A stretch of DNA of 19,880 bases from Calditrichaceae bacterium (GCA_050173015.1 JBFXLE010000042.1:1-19880); one strand, 5' to 3'. Counted from the first letter of the stretch, positions 1 to 7,883 are shown. Notes: a model not told the origin generated them from the sequence alone. Numbers and translations: made by a program.

Positions 1-216
1 CAGATTCAAATAGTTGCTTTTTCCATTTGTACAACATGTTAGGGTTGATATGATACCGACGAGATAGCTCGCTCAACGGAACCTGGTTTTCCAAATGTTC
101 ACGTAGGATTTCAACTTTCTTTTCTGCAGAATAACTCGTGCGTTGTTTGGACATGATAGACTCCTTTTTAATTAGTTAAACTTAAACTAGTATGGAGTCC
201 ATTTCCAACTGATTCA
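1..216 (-). mobile_element. Left end of an IS3-family insertion sequence, running off the window start
   Basis: Minus strand reads TGAATCAGTTGGAAATGGACT from 216 (IS3-type 5'-TG end; 14/21 identical to the putative left end of the second IS3 at 18278). An AGGAG RBS and an OrfA-type HTH ORF follow. Confidence 0.75.
2..154 (-). CDS. IS3-family transposase OrfA, N-terminal HTH part (partial; not in the ORF track)
   Basis: Manual translation from ATG at 154: MSKQRTSYSAEKKVEILREHLENQVPLSELSRRYHINPNMLYKWKKQLFES, a typical HTH_Tnp_1 pattern. RBS AGGAG at 161-165. Confidence 0.85.
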   Translation of the reverse strand, partial: MSKQRTSYSAEKKVEILREHLENQVPLSELSRRYHINPNMLYKWKKQLFES

Positions 217-330
217 ATACAGTTGAGTCTCTTCTATTAGTCCCCTTAAGTTTCATTTATAAATTTTTGAGCAATTCCGCCAGACGATTCTGTTTTTAAT
301 TTAACCATAATTTAACTCATACAGGCTAAA

Positions 331-414
331 AAATGACCGCGCGGGAGCCATATATGTCCCGAAAGGGATGATATATGACCGCGAAAGAATGATATCTGTT
401 CAGTTCCGGATTAT
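331..414. repeat. Degenerate 21-bp tandem repeat, 3-4 units
   Basis: aaatgaccgcgcgggagccat / atatgtcccgaaagggatgat / atatgaccgcgaaagaatgat / atctgttcagttccggattat. Confidence 0.5.
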
Positions 415-577
415 TCCGTAATCATAACTTCTAAATCATCCGGCCGCCAGGGGTATATTTTTTCTTTTTGCAATCTTCTCCATTTTGTTTTACCATCTGT
501 TTAGTAGTTCGATTTCATTAAAACGACCAATCAATAAGTAAAAGTTTATTTCCGTCATATCAAAGGAGGCGCCGGGG

Positions 578-997
578 ATGAATGATCAAAAACCTGTTGG
601 AAAAACAAAATCTGTGGGCTATCAAATAGGCGTTCGGCGCACTTTTGATATCCGTCTTGCACACGCCTGGGATTTTTTAATCTCAGAAAAAGGTCTTGCC
701 GCGTGGCTTGGGTCAGGAGTGCCGATAAATGCGGTTGTCGGTGAAAGATACCGGCTTCCCGATGGCACGACGGGGGAGTTTCGGGTGATCAAAGCAAATT
801 CGCATCTCAGGATGACATGGCAGCCGCCGGGTTGGGAGAAAGCGTCAACAATTCAGGTTCGTGTCCTCCCGGCAAAAAATAAAACGACCATTTCATTCCA
901 TCAGGAAAATCTACCCGGTCCCCGGGAGCGTGAATTACGCAAAACATTTTTTATGGAAGTTCTGGATGAGTTTAGGAAGAGCGTGGGCCAGGCATAG
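578..997 (+). CDS. SRPBCC/AHSA1-like domain protein
   Basis: 139 aa with an SRPBCC-like pattern (RRTF..AWDFL..LAAWLG..LRMTW..TTISFHQE). RBS AAGGAGG upstream. Confidence 0.8.
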   Translation: MNDQKPVGKTKSVGYQIGVRRTFDIRLAHAWDFLISEKGLAAWLGSGVPINAVVGERYRLPDGTTGEFRVIKANSHLRMTWQPPGWEKASTIQVRVLPAKNKTTISFHQENLPGPRERELRKTFFMEVLDEFRKSVGQA

Positions 998-1051
998 GTA
1001 AAGACGGCCTTTGGAAAAAAGATGTCCATACAAATTGCGAAAGGGGGAGCA

Positions 1052-1402
1052 ATGAACGGATTCAGCCCGGGGGACAACATGGCGATGAAGGTTCCCGCAG
1101 ATCAGTTTGACGCCACTGTACAATTTTATCGCGATGTCATCGGACTCAGGCAAATCAAAAAACATCTGCCTTCTTTTGTGTTTGATTTTAATGGAAAAAA
1201 TCTATGGATTGACAAGATGGATAATCTCCCACGTGCTGAAATATGGCTGGAAATCAGAGTTGATGATGTAAAAACCGCCGCCGGTTATCTGAAATCCCAC
1301 AAAGTTCAAAGACGTGATGAAGTGGAAAAGCTACCGGAAGGATTCGATGGATTCTGGATTTCGAATCCGGCGGGAATAATTCATCTTGTTTGCAATGATT
1401 AA
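1052..1402 (+). CDS. VOC/glyoxalase-like family protein
   Basis: FYRDVIGL, LEIRVDDV and FWISNPAG motifs of VOC folds. Start moved to ATG 1052 behind a GGGGAG RBS. Confidence 0.75.
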   Translation: MNGFSPGDNMAMKVPADQFDATVQFYRDVIGLRQIKKHLPSFVFDFNGKNLWIDKMDNLPRAEIWLEIRVDDVKTAAGYLKSHKVQRRDEVEKLPEGFDGFWISNPAGIIHLVCND

Positions 1403-1448
1403 ATTATCAGACAACAGTTTCACACATGAAAATCAGAAAGGTCAGATA

Positions 1449-1652
1449 ATGCCTTATGTGAATATCAAAATAACCCGGGAAGGCGCTACTTCTGAACAAA
1501 AGCAGAAGTTGATTGAAGGCGTCACCAATCTTCTTAAAGATGTTCTTGGAAAAAATCCCGCGACGACCGTGGTTGTGATAGATGAGGTGGATACCGATAA
1601 CTGGGGGATCGGCGGAGAAACCGTTACAAAAAGAAGAAGTAAAGTGAACTGA
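1449..1652 (+). CDS. 4-oxalocrotonate tautomerase family protein
   Basis: Starts M-P (catalytic Pro1): MPYVNIKITREGATSEQKQKLIEGVT...VVIDEVDTDNWGIGG. True start is ATG 1449, not 1386. Confidence 0.92.
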   Translation: MPYVNIKITREGATSEQKQKLIEGVTNLLKDVLGKNPATTVVVIDEVDTDNWGIGGETVTKRRSKVN

Positions 1653-1781
1653 TCGCGGGTAAGATATCAAATTAAGTTTGGCCACGGGCCCTGTGTTTAA
1701 AATTCTGCAATTATAATTCATCTAATAAATAAATTGAGTTAATTACCACATTCCACGGGCTGGAAAATTTAAAAATTAATT

Positions 1782-1810
1782 TTGTTGAATGAACATATGT
1801 TCATTATATT
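1782..1810 (+). promoter_or_regulatory. sigma70-like promoter with a perfect 18-bp palindromic operator in its spacer
   Basis: TTGTTG-N17-TATATT; palindrome AATGAACAT|ATGTTCATT at 1788-1805. Confidence 0.7.
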
Positions 1811-1851
1811 GTGGGGAGTTGTTAATTTCATGTTCATGGAATGGAGTTATA

Positions 1852-2286
1852 ATGAGAAAAGCGTATCGTAAGCGGCGCGTTGACAAGCCTCCTGATTTTA
1901 AAAATTTTAAACCGAGCGGTATTCCGCGTCGGGAGTTAGAGACGGTGACTTTGAATCTCGATGAATTCGAAGCGTTAAGGCTTGCTGATTATCATGGACT
2001 GGAACAGATGCAGGCCGCCGGAGAAATGGGTATTTCCCGGCCGACATTCACACGATTGATAGAGAAAGCCCGATATAAAATTACGAAAGCCATTGTAGAA
2101 GGAATGGAATTGGTTCTTGAAGGCGGTAACGTGGAATTTACGCATACGAAACATCGATGCCTGGATTGCGGTGATGAGCAGATAAATAAGCTTGATGTGG
2201 TTGTGAATGACTGTCCTGAATGTGGTTCCAATAATCTGGAAGATACGGTTAAAAAATTTTTTAATTCCGAAATCAACCGGGAATAG
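1852..2286 (+). CDS. DUF134 (UPF0251) putative DNA-binding regulator with C-terminal Zn ribbon
   Basis: FKPSGIP..LNLDEFEALRLADYHGLEQMQAAGEMGISRPTFTRLIEKAR..AIVEG signature; CLDC..CPEC tail. Start at ATG 1852 behind GGAG. Confidence 0.9.
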   Translation: MRKAYRKRRVDKPPDFKNFKPSGIPRRELETVTLNLDEFEALRLADYHGLEQMQAAGEMGISRPTFTRLIEKARYKITKAIVEGMELVLEGGNVEFTHTKHRCLDCGDEQINKLDVVVNDCPECGSNNLEDTVKKFFNSEINRE

Positions 2287-2378
2287 AAAATGGACAGCTG
2301 TTGATTCTGAAGTCACTTTAGATCAAAAAACAATAAAAGATCGGTCTGAATCATTTACACAAATTGGGAGATAAGAAA

Positions 2379-2615
2379 ATGAGAAACTCCGGAAGAAACG
2401 GAAATAATGGTAGAGGCGGGGGAATGGGTCGCGGAAATGGACAGGGCAGAAATCGCGGGGGCTCATTCGGAACCGGCGGATTCTGTGTTTGTGCCAAATG
2501 CGGCGCGAAAGTACCGCATGAGCAGGGGGTCAAATGTACAAATGTGCAATGCCCTGATTGCGGTCATACCATGGTGAGAGAAGAATTGCTAAACGAGAGA
2601 AGAGCGGATAAATAA
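2379..2615 (+). CDS. Small Gly/Arg-rich, Cys-rich Zn-ribbon protein
   Basis: GRGGGMGRG N-terminus then CVCAKCG..C....CPDCG, a type often found beside DUF134. Start at ATG 2379 behind GGGAG. Confidence 0.8.
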   Translation: MRNSGRNGNNGRGGGMGRGNGQGRNRGGSFGTGGFCVCAKCGAKVPHEQGVKCTNVQCPDCGHTMVREELLNERRADK

Positions 2616-2723
2616 GATTGTCAAACACAATGCCCGCAATATAGAAAACGGATTTTTTATTGGTAGAAGTAATGATTTTTATGAAGATAGAGAAAAATTA
2701 ATTCAATCGGAAAAGGAACGGAT

Positions 2724-3239
2724 ATGGAACTGATACAAAATCTCTCACGGGATGAGCTGTTAAAACTGATTGAGGTTTACGCGAAAAATTGGTTGGCGCA
2801 TGACGGCTGCTGGTTTCTGGCCGCGGAAGAAAAGTACGATCTGGATACGGCGATGGAACTGGATACAAAATCATGGGAACGTTTTGCCGTCTCCGAAGCC
2901 AGAAGAATTATGAAAGCATTCGATATTCCGCAAAACGGCGGGCTTAAAGCGCTGGAAAAGGCGTTTCAATACCGGCTGTACGCGGCAATCAATCAACAGA
3001 AGATTGAATGGGTGGATGATCACACCATAATATTCAGAATGATTGAATGCCGTGTTCAGAAAACAAGACGACAAAAAAAATTACCGGATTTCCCCTGTAA
3101 ATCGGTGGGCATTGTTGAATTCAGTCAATTCGCGAAAACTGTTGATCCGCGTATCAAAACACGATGCATCGCCTGTCCGCCGGATAAGGCTGACCATTAT
3201 TATTGCGCATGGGAATTCACTCTTCAATCAAACCCGTGA
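2724..3239 (+). CDS. DUF6125 family protein
   Basis: WLAHDGCWFLAAEEKY..., CRVQKTR..FPCK and CIACPPD..CAWEF motifs. Confidence 0.8.
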   Translation: MELIQNLSRDELLKLIEVYAKNWLAHDGCWFLAAEEKYDLDTAMELDTKSWERFAVSEARRIMKAFDIPQNGGLKALEKAFQYRLYAAINQQKIEWVDDHTIIFRMIECRVQKTRRQKKLPDFPCKSVGIVEFSQFAKTVDPRIKTRCIACPPDKADHYYCAWEFTLQSNP

Positions 3240-3255
3240 TAACAGGTATAATCTG

Positions 3256-3290
3256 AAAGCCGGCATCCATAATGGGACTCCGGCTTTTTT
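3256..3290. terminator. Intrinsic terminator between convergent genes, possibly bidirectional
   Basis: AAAGCCGG...CCGGCTTTTTT. Confidence 0.7.
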
Positions 3291-3313
3291 AATCTCAGAT
3301 TCGCTGCATTAGT

Positions 3314-3628
3314 TTAGTCTTTCGGCGCGCCCAGCAGGCTTTTTGTGAGAATACCGACTCCGGCAAATTTATCAAACAAACCCGTGGCGATCAGAATAAT
3401 TGAAAGAAGAAGATAGAACATAAAGCCGGATAACAAACCCAGTCCGTATGGCCCTATCCAGTCCGGATAGTTCCCCAGAAATCCGATAACGGTGGCGCCG
3501 CCGACGGCTCCAATCGCTACGCTGAGCATCTCGATGCTGAATTCTTTAGTGTGGCGGACGGCATAATAAAGCAGATATCCAAAAACAAAACCGGTGCCAA
3601 AAACTCCCCAGAACACAGAAGCTGACAT
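3314..3628 (-). CDS. Small multi-pass membrane protein of unknown function (104 aa)
   Basis: About three hydrophobic Gly-rich segments. ATG at 3628 preceded by AGGGGG. Confidence 0.7.
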   Translation of the reverse strand: MSASVFWGVFGTGFVFGYLLYYAVRHTKEFSIEMLSVAIGAVGGATVIGFLGNYPDWIGPYGLGLLSGFMFYLLLSIILIATGLFDKFAGVGILTKSLLGAPKD

Positions 3629-3873
3629 AATTTCCCCCTGTGGATATGCGGTTAATGGTTTGCGGAAGTTGATCAAAGTTAATGCGTAAGAACAAGAGAT
3701 CAAACAATCAAAAAAAATAATAACTAAAACCTCAATTGTACCATATTGGCGCAATTTGCTCCTTCTCAGTACGATTGTCTCAGCAAATACATCAACAAAT
3801 TTGAATTTATGAATAATTTTGAGTATATCTTAAACATTACTTATGTCAAATGATGTTATAATGGAATTAGCCA

Positions 3874-4506
3874 ATGAATGATTATGTCTATAGTTTTTTT
3901 AGATCGTCCGTACTTCTGTTGATGCTTCTGAATCCATTTCTGGTAATTTTGTATCTGCTTGAAGTTGTCAAAAAACTCAGCTTATCGCAATTTTTAAAAG
4001 TGTTATTTCAGGCGGGATTGATAAGTATTGTCGTGTTTGTCACTTTCGCGGTACTTGGTGATTACGCCTTTAATGTCCTGTTTCAGGCTGAATTCGCTTC
4101 GTTTCAAATCTTCGGTGGTATTATTTTCCTGGTGATCGGTCTTCAGTTTGTTTTTAAAGGCACGGGAGCTATCGATATTCTCAGAGGTGAAGTCAATCAG
4201 GTGGCCGGGGCTCTGGCCATGCCGATTCTGATTGGCCCGGGGACCATCAGCGCCAGTGTCATCATCGGTAAAAGACTTGAACCGTTATACGCGGCCCTGG
4301 CGATTATATTTGCCGTGAGTACCTCATTGATTGTGATGGGATTGCTCAAGGTGATACATGACCGTTTGAAAGCAAAAAACGAGCAACTGATTGAACGATA
4401 TACGGAGGTTGCCGGGCGAATTCTGGCCATCTATGTCGGTACGATCGCGGTTGAAATGATTATGCAGGGAATGCATTTCTGGATTTTAAAAATCAAGGGA
4501 GTATAA
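3874..4506 (+). CDS. marC: MarC family membrane protein
   Basis: LLNPF, SFQIFGGII and LAMPILIGPGTIS motifs; about six TM segments. Confidence 0.88.
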   Translation: MNDYVYSFFRSSVLLLMLLNPFLVILYLLEVVKKLSLSQFLKVLFQAGLISIVVFVTFAVLGDYAFNVLFQAEFASFQIFGGIIFLVIGLQFVFKGTGAIDILRGEVNQVAGALAMPILIGPGTISASVIIGKRLEPLYAALAIIFAVSTSLIVMGLLKVIHDRLKAKNEQLIERYTEVAGRILAIYVGTIAVEMIMQGMHFWILKIKGV

Positions 4507-4595
4507 CGGACGTATTCTTTTTTTTTCTAACCTACCCCGAGTCAGATAAAGATACCTCTTAACTCTTCAACTTCTTACTTCCTACTTTTATTCTT

Positions 4596-4652
4596 CCCAA
4601 GCAGGCAGAAGATTCCTCTTTCCTAAACCCGCCTCTGGCGGGCAGGATGACA
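4596..4652. repeat. Cassette type 1 (cccaagca.gcagaagat...caggatgaca), long allele
   Basis: Second copy at 4972-5004 is 24 bp shorter and lacks the internal CCCGCCTCTGGCGGG palindrome. Confidence 0.8.
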
Positions 4653-4763
4653 TGTATAGAAGCCTGTCGTGAATTACCGGGACGCCCCAACTCTTAACTC
4701 TTATACTCTTAACTCTTAACGTTCTTACTTCCTACTTCTTACTTCCTACTTTTCTTTCTCTCC

Positions 4764-4873
4764 CTACTTTTTGAATGGCCAAAAAGTAGCAAAAAGCCCT
4801 GGCGAATTTTAACTCGTGTATAATTTATCCGTTTTTCAATTTACTCCACTCGAACAGAAAATTCGCCCCGAAG
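4764..4873 (-). repeat. Cassette type 2, double-hairpin element
   Basis: CTACTTTTTG-6nt-CAAAAAGTAG hairpin (4764-4789) plus GGCGAATTTT...AAAATTCGCC arms (4801-4810/4858-4867). Highly similar copy at 12187-12295. Confidence 0.88.
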
Positions 4874-5081
4874 AGTTTCTCAACACAATGGTTGAATCTT
4901 AAACTCTTAACTCTTTTTTCTTTTTTCTTCCAATTCCTACTTCTTACTTCTTACTTCCTACTTTTATTCTTCCCAAGCAAGCAGAAGATCCTTCCAGGAT
5001 GACAAATTTGTGAGTGTAATCGGACGACTCAAATAATATCCATGAATGCCACTCGGCCGCTCCAACTCTTACACTCTTAAC

Positions 5082-5635
5082 TCTTTTTTCTTTTTTCTTT
5101 TATCTTTTTTCTTAAAATTCCTACTTCTTGTCTGAACTATGATTGGCCTGATTTAATGAAAACTCTGATTTCCAATTTCTTAATCATCCGAATCATTTAA
5201 TCATTTTAATCCACCAGAGGCGGACACGCCCCGGTTCAGACCGTTCTTAATCTTTTTTCTTTTTTCTTTTATCTTTTTTCTTAAACTTCTTACTTCTTGT
5301 CTGAACTATGATTGGCCTGATTTAATGAAAACTCTGATTTCCAATTTCTTAATCATCCGAATCATTTAATCATTTTAATCCACCAGAGGCGGACACGTCC
5401 CGGTTCAGACCGTTCTTAATCTTTTTTCTTTTTTCTTTTATCTTTTTTCTTAAAATTCCTACTTCTTGTCTGAACTATGATTGGCCTGATTTAATGAAAA
5501 CTCTGATTTCCAATTTCTTAATCATCCAAATCATTTAATCATTTTAATCCACCAGAGGCGGACACGTCCCGGTTCAGACCGTTCTTAATCTTTTTTCTTT
5601 TTTCTTTTATTTTTTTTCTTAAAATTCCTACTTCC
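5082..5635. repeat. 169-bp tandem repeat, about 3.3 near-identical copies, each holding a 112-bp element with terminal inverted repeats
   Basis: GTCTGAAC starts at 5130, 5299 and 5468 (period 169) and each element ends in GTTCAGAC. Only a few substitutions between copies. Confidence 0.95.
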
Positions 5636-5687
5636 TACTTCTTACTTCCTACTTCCTACTTCCTACTTCCTACTTCCTACTTCTTAC
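5625..5687. repeat. (TTCYTAC)9 heptamer microsatellite
   Basis: Nine consecutive TTCCTAC/TTCTTAC units. Confidence 0.95.
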
Positions 5688-5694
5688 TTCCTCT

Positions 5695-5723
5695 TTGACT
5701 TCCCCCGAATTATTGACTAATCT
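5695..5723 (+). promoter_or_regulatory. Putative sigma70 promoter for the DUF1801 gene
   Basis: TTGACT-N17-TAATCT immediately after array A. Confidence 0.55.
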
Positions 5724-5775
5724 AATCGCGTTACACTCTGGAGCAGTCGCGTATTCACAAATAAAAGGGGGATGT

Positions 5776-6195
5776 ATGGCGGAATTAAAGACAAAAAAGA
5801 ACAAACAAAGTGTCAATGAATTTTTGGACAGAGTTGAGGACCCTAAGAAAAGGACAGATTGTTATAACATTCTTGAGATTATGAAGGAGGCTACCGGGGA
5901 AGAGCCGGCTATGTGGGGTGACAGTATTGTTGGATTTGGAAATTATCATTATAAATACGCGAGCGGGCGCGAAGGCGACTGGTTCTTGACGGGCTTTTCA
6001 CCGCGAAAACAAAATCTGACCCTGTATATCATGTCCGGTTTTGAGAAATATGATGAGTTGATGCAAAAACTTGGGAAGTATAAAACAGGGAAGGCATGTC
6101 TGTATATCAACACACTTGATGATGTGAATACCGATGTCTTAACGGAATTGGTATCCCTCTCCGTCAAATATATCGCCGGAGCTTATAAAAAATAA
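5776..6195 (+). CDS. DUF1801 (YdhG-like) domain protein
   Basis: MAELKTK..ATGEEPAMWGDSIVGFGNYHYKYASGREGDW..GFSPRKQNLTLY..LGKYKTGKACLYI. ATG at 5776 behind AGGGGG. Confidence 0.9.
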   Translation: MAELKTKKNKQSVNEFLDRVEDPKKRTDCYNILEIMKEATGEEPAMWGDSIVGFGNYHYKYASGREGDWFLTGFSPRKQNLTLYIMSGFEKYDELMQKLGKYKTGKACLYINTLDDVNTDVLTELVSLSVKYIAGAYKK

Positions 6196-6223
6196 TCTCT
6201 ATTGGCGGCGCCGCCTGTATGAT

Positions 6224-6880
6224 TTAATTGTGTAAGGTGAACGTCTTTTTTGTTGTTATCGTTGTGTCAACTTTGACGGTACTGACAGATATTTTATAAT
6301 CGGGCTTGAATAAAATGATTTTAATCGAATCGGCAACGATCAATTGATTTTCGGCGTCATTGATCATCATTGTAAATTTTTTACCTATTCCAAGTGTGGA
6401 ATAACTCAATTCAAAAGAACCATCCGAAGCCGATCTTAATAATGGATTTTTAAGTATCAGATTACTTATCTGATCGTCGCGAACAAGAAAAGATCCTTCC
6501 TGATTTAATTCTCCGCTTTCAATTTTATAGCTATATATTCCGTTTGTATAATCCGACGCGTCAAAAATGTAGTTATGATAACCTGCCGGCTGAGATACAA
6601 CATCCAACGGGCGGGCGATCTCATCACCAAACATATTATAAATGATCAGCGTGACATCCTGTTGAGCGGAAAGTGTGTAAGCGATACCCGCGTTTTTAAA
6701 AACGGCATCCATCCCGATGTAATAGATATAATGAATATCCACGTCAGATAATGCATTACCATTTGTGTCGCTCACCACGCCGCTAATTTGTTTCGGGGTA
6801 TTGTTATCCGGCTTTACGGGATCATCATCGCATCCAATGAGAAAAATCAGAATCGCTATCGCTTTGATCCAATATTTCAT
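6224..6880 (-). CDS. Lipoprotein with an internal FlgD-Ig/secretion-CTD-like segment
   Basis: Signal peptide with lipobox LIGC. Internal IAYTL..DVTLIIYNMFG..QPAGYH..FDASDYTNGIYSYKI pattern. Confidence 0.75.
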   Translation of the reverse strand: MKYWIKAIAILIFLIGCDDDPVKPDNNTPKQISGVVSDTNGNALSDVDIHYIYYIGMDAVFKNAGIAYTLSAQQDVTLIIYNMFGDEIARPLDVVSQPAGYHNYIFDASDYTNGIYSYKIESGELNQEGSFLVRDDQISNLILKNPLLRSASDGSFELSYSTLGIGKKFTMMINDAENQLIVADSIKIILFKPDYKISVSTVKVDTTITTKKTFTLHN

Positions 6881-7108
6881 CCTTTATCCTTGTGTTTTTA
6901 GGAGTTGAGTGTTTACTGACAGCATAGAAGACAGTAATAATAACAGAAAATTAATTAAATAACTCAACCAATATTTTAAAAATATGATTATAAGGGCGTG
7001 GAAATCGCCAAATTAGGATTAAGTGACTAGAACTCACAAATTATCCGGAATTGGTCCGGCGATTCGGGGCAGTGTAACGAGAGATATGGTAATCATCCGG
7101 GATATTGT

Positions 7109-7651
7109 CTACCAATGTTCCTGTTCTATAAGAGCCTGAATCTGCGCGAGATGGTGTGTCCCGTGCCAGGCGTAAAGACCGATGTTTTTTTTGAGCAGAA
7201 CATAACCGGTTTCGGGATGCATATACCCGCGCTCGAGTTGTTTTTCGTTTAGCGATTTTAGAAGTATCACCCATCTTTTGTGAAGGAGCTCAATAAACTG
7301 AAGCGAATCATGAATCGGGAACTGTGCAGAATCGGCTGTTTCCGCCCATTTTTCCTGATTATAAGGTTTGATAACCGGCCGATCTTCAGTGACGGCCAGC
7401 TTGAAACGGACATAACTGTTGAGATGACTGTCACCGATATGATGGATCACCTGACGCACCGTCCATCCACCGGGCCGGTATCGAGTATCAAGTTGCTTGT
7501 CATTCAGGCCGTTCACGCTTTGAATAAGATTTTGCGGCAAGAGCTTAATCTCCTGAATCCACTTATCAATTGTTCTTTTATCGATTGGATCAGGATAAAC
7601 AACTTTCCCGATAGGATATTTCAATTTCTCAATATCATTTGTCATGCTCAT
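7109..7651 (-). CDS. yfiT: YfiT/BstA-family bacillithiol transferase (DinB superfamily)
   Basis: LKYPIG, YRPGGWTVRQVIHHIGDSH, IKPY and YAWHGTHHLAQI motifs. AGGAGG RBS. Confidence 0.9.
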   Translation of the reverse strand: MSMTNDIEKLKYPIGKVVYPDPIDKRTIDKWIQEIKLLPQNLIQSVNGLNDKQLDTRYRPGGWTVRQVIHHIGDSHLNSYVRFKLAVTEDRPVIKPYNQEKWAETADSAQFPIHDSLQFIELLHKRWVILLKSLNEKQLERGYMHPETGYVLLKKNIGLYAWHGTHHLAQIQALIEQEHW

Positions 7652-7883
7652 TGGGTGACCTCCTATTTACAATTAGATCAAATATGAACGGGGGTATTGC
7701 TCAACATGCGTATCCTTTATTACAAAATGCAGAGTGGCAATAATATCAACTCTAACTAATCCACTTTCTCAGATAATTCCAATATGAAATATTGTCCGGT
7801 CACGCGCGGGAAGTTCACTGGGGCATTGAATGATAAGAAAGATAATATGTAGATCGTGTCATTACTCTCATATGGTTTTAGAG

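Larger units (their letters stand above)
4556..5694. repeat. Array A: seven pyrimidine-rich heptamer tracts alternating with six palindromic cassettes
   Basis: Tracts at about 4556-4595, 4689-4761, 4902-4971, 5064-5128, 5245-5297, 5414-5466 and 5583-5694, built from AACTCTT, CTTTTTT/CTTTTAT and TTCCTAC/TTCTTAC units. No ORF is called between 4507 and 5694. Confidence 0.92.

Noticed and set aside
5082-5635. CRISPR array interpretation of the regular repeats
   Set aside because: The would-be spacers are near-identical 112-bp elements, the repeats are variable-length low-complexity tracts, and no cas genes are present.
4556-5694. Integron attC cassette array or replication origin
   Set aside because: There are no gene cassettes, no integron integrase, no clear attC R/L box pattern, and no DnaA-box cluster or rep gene.
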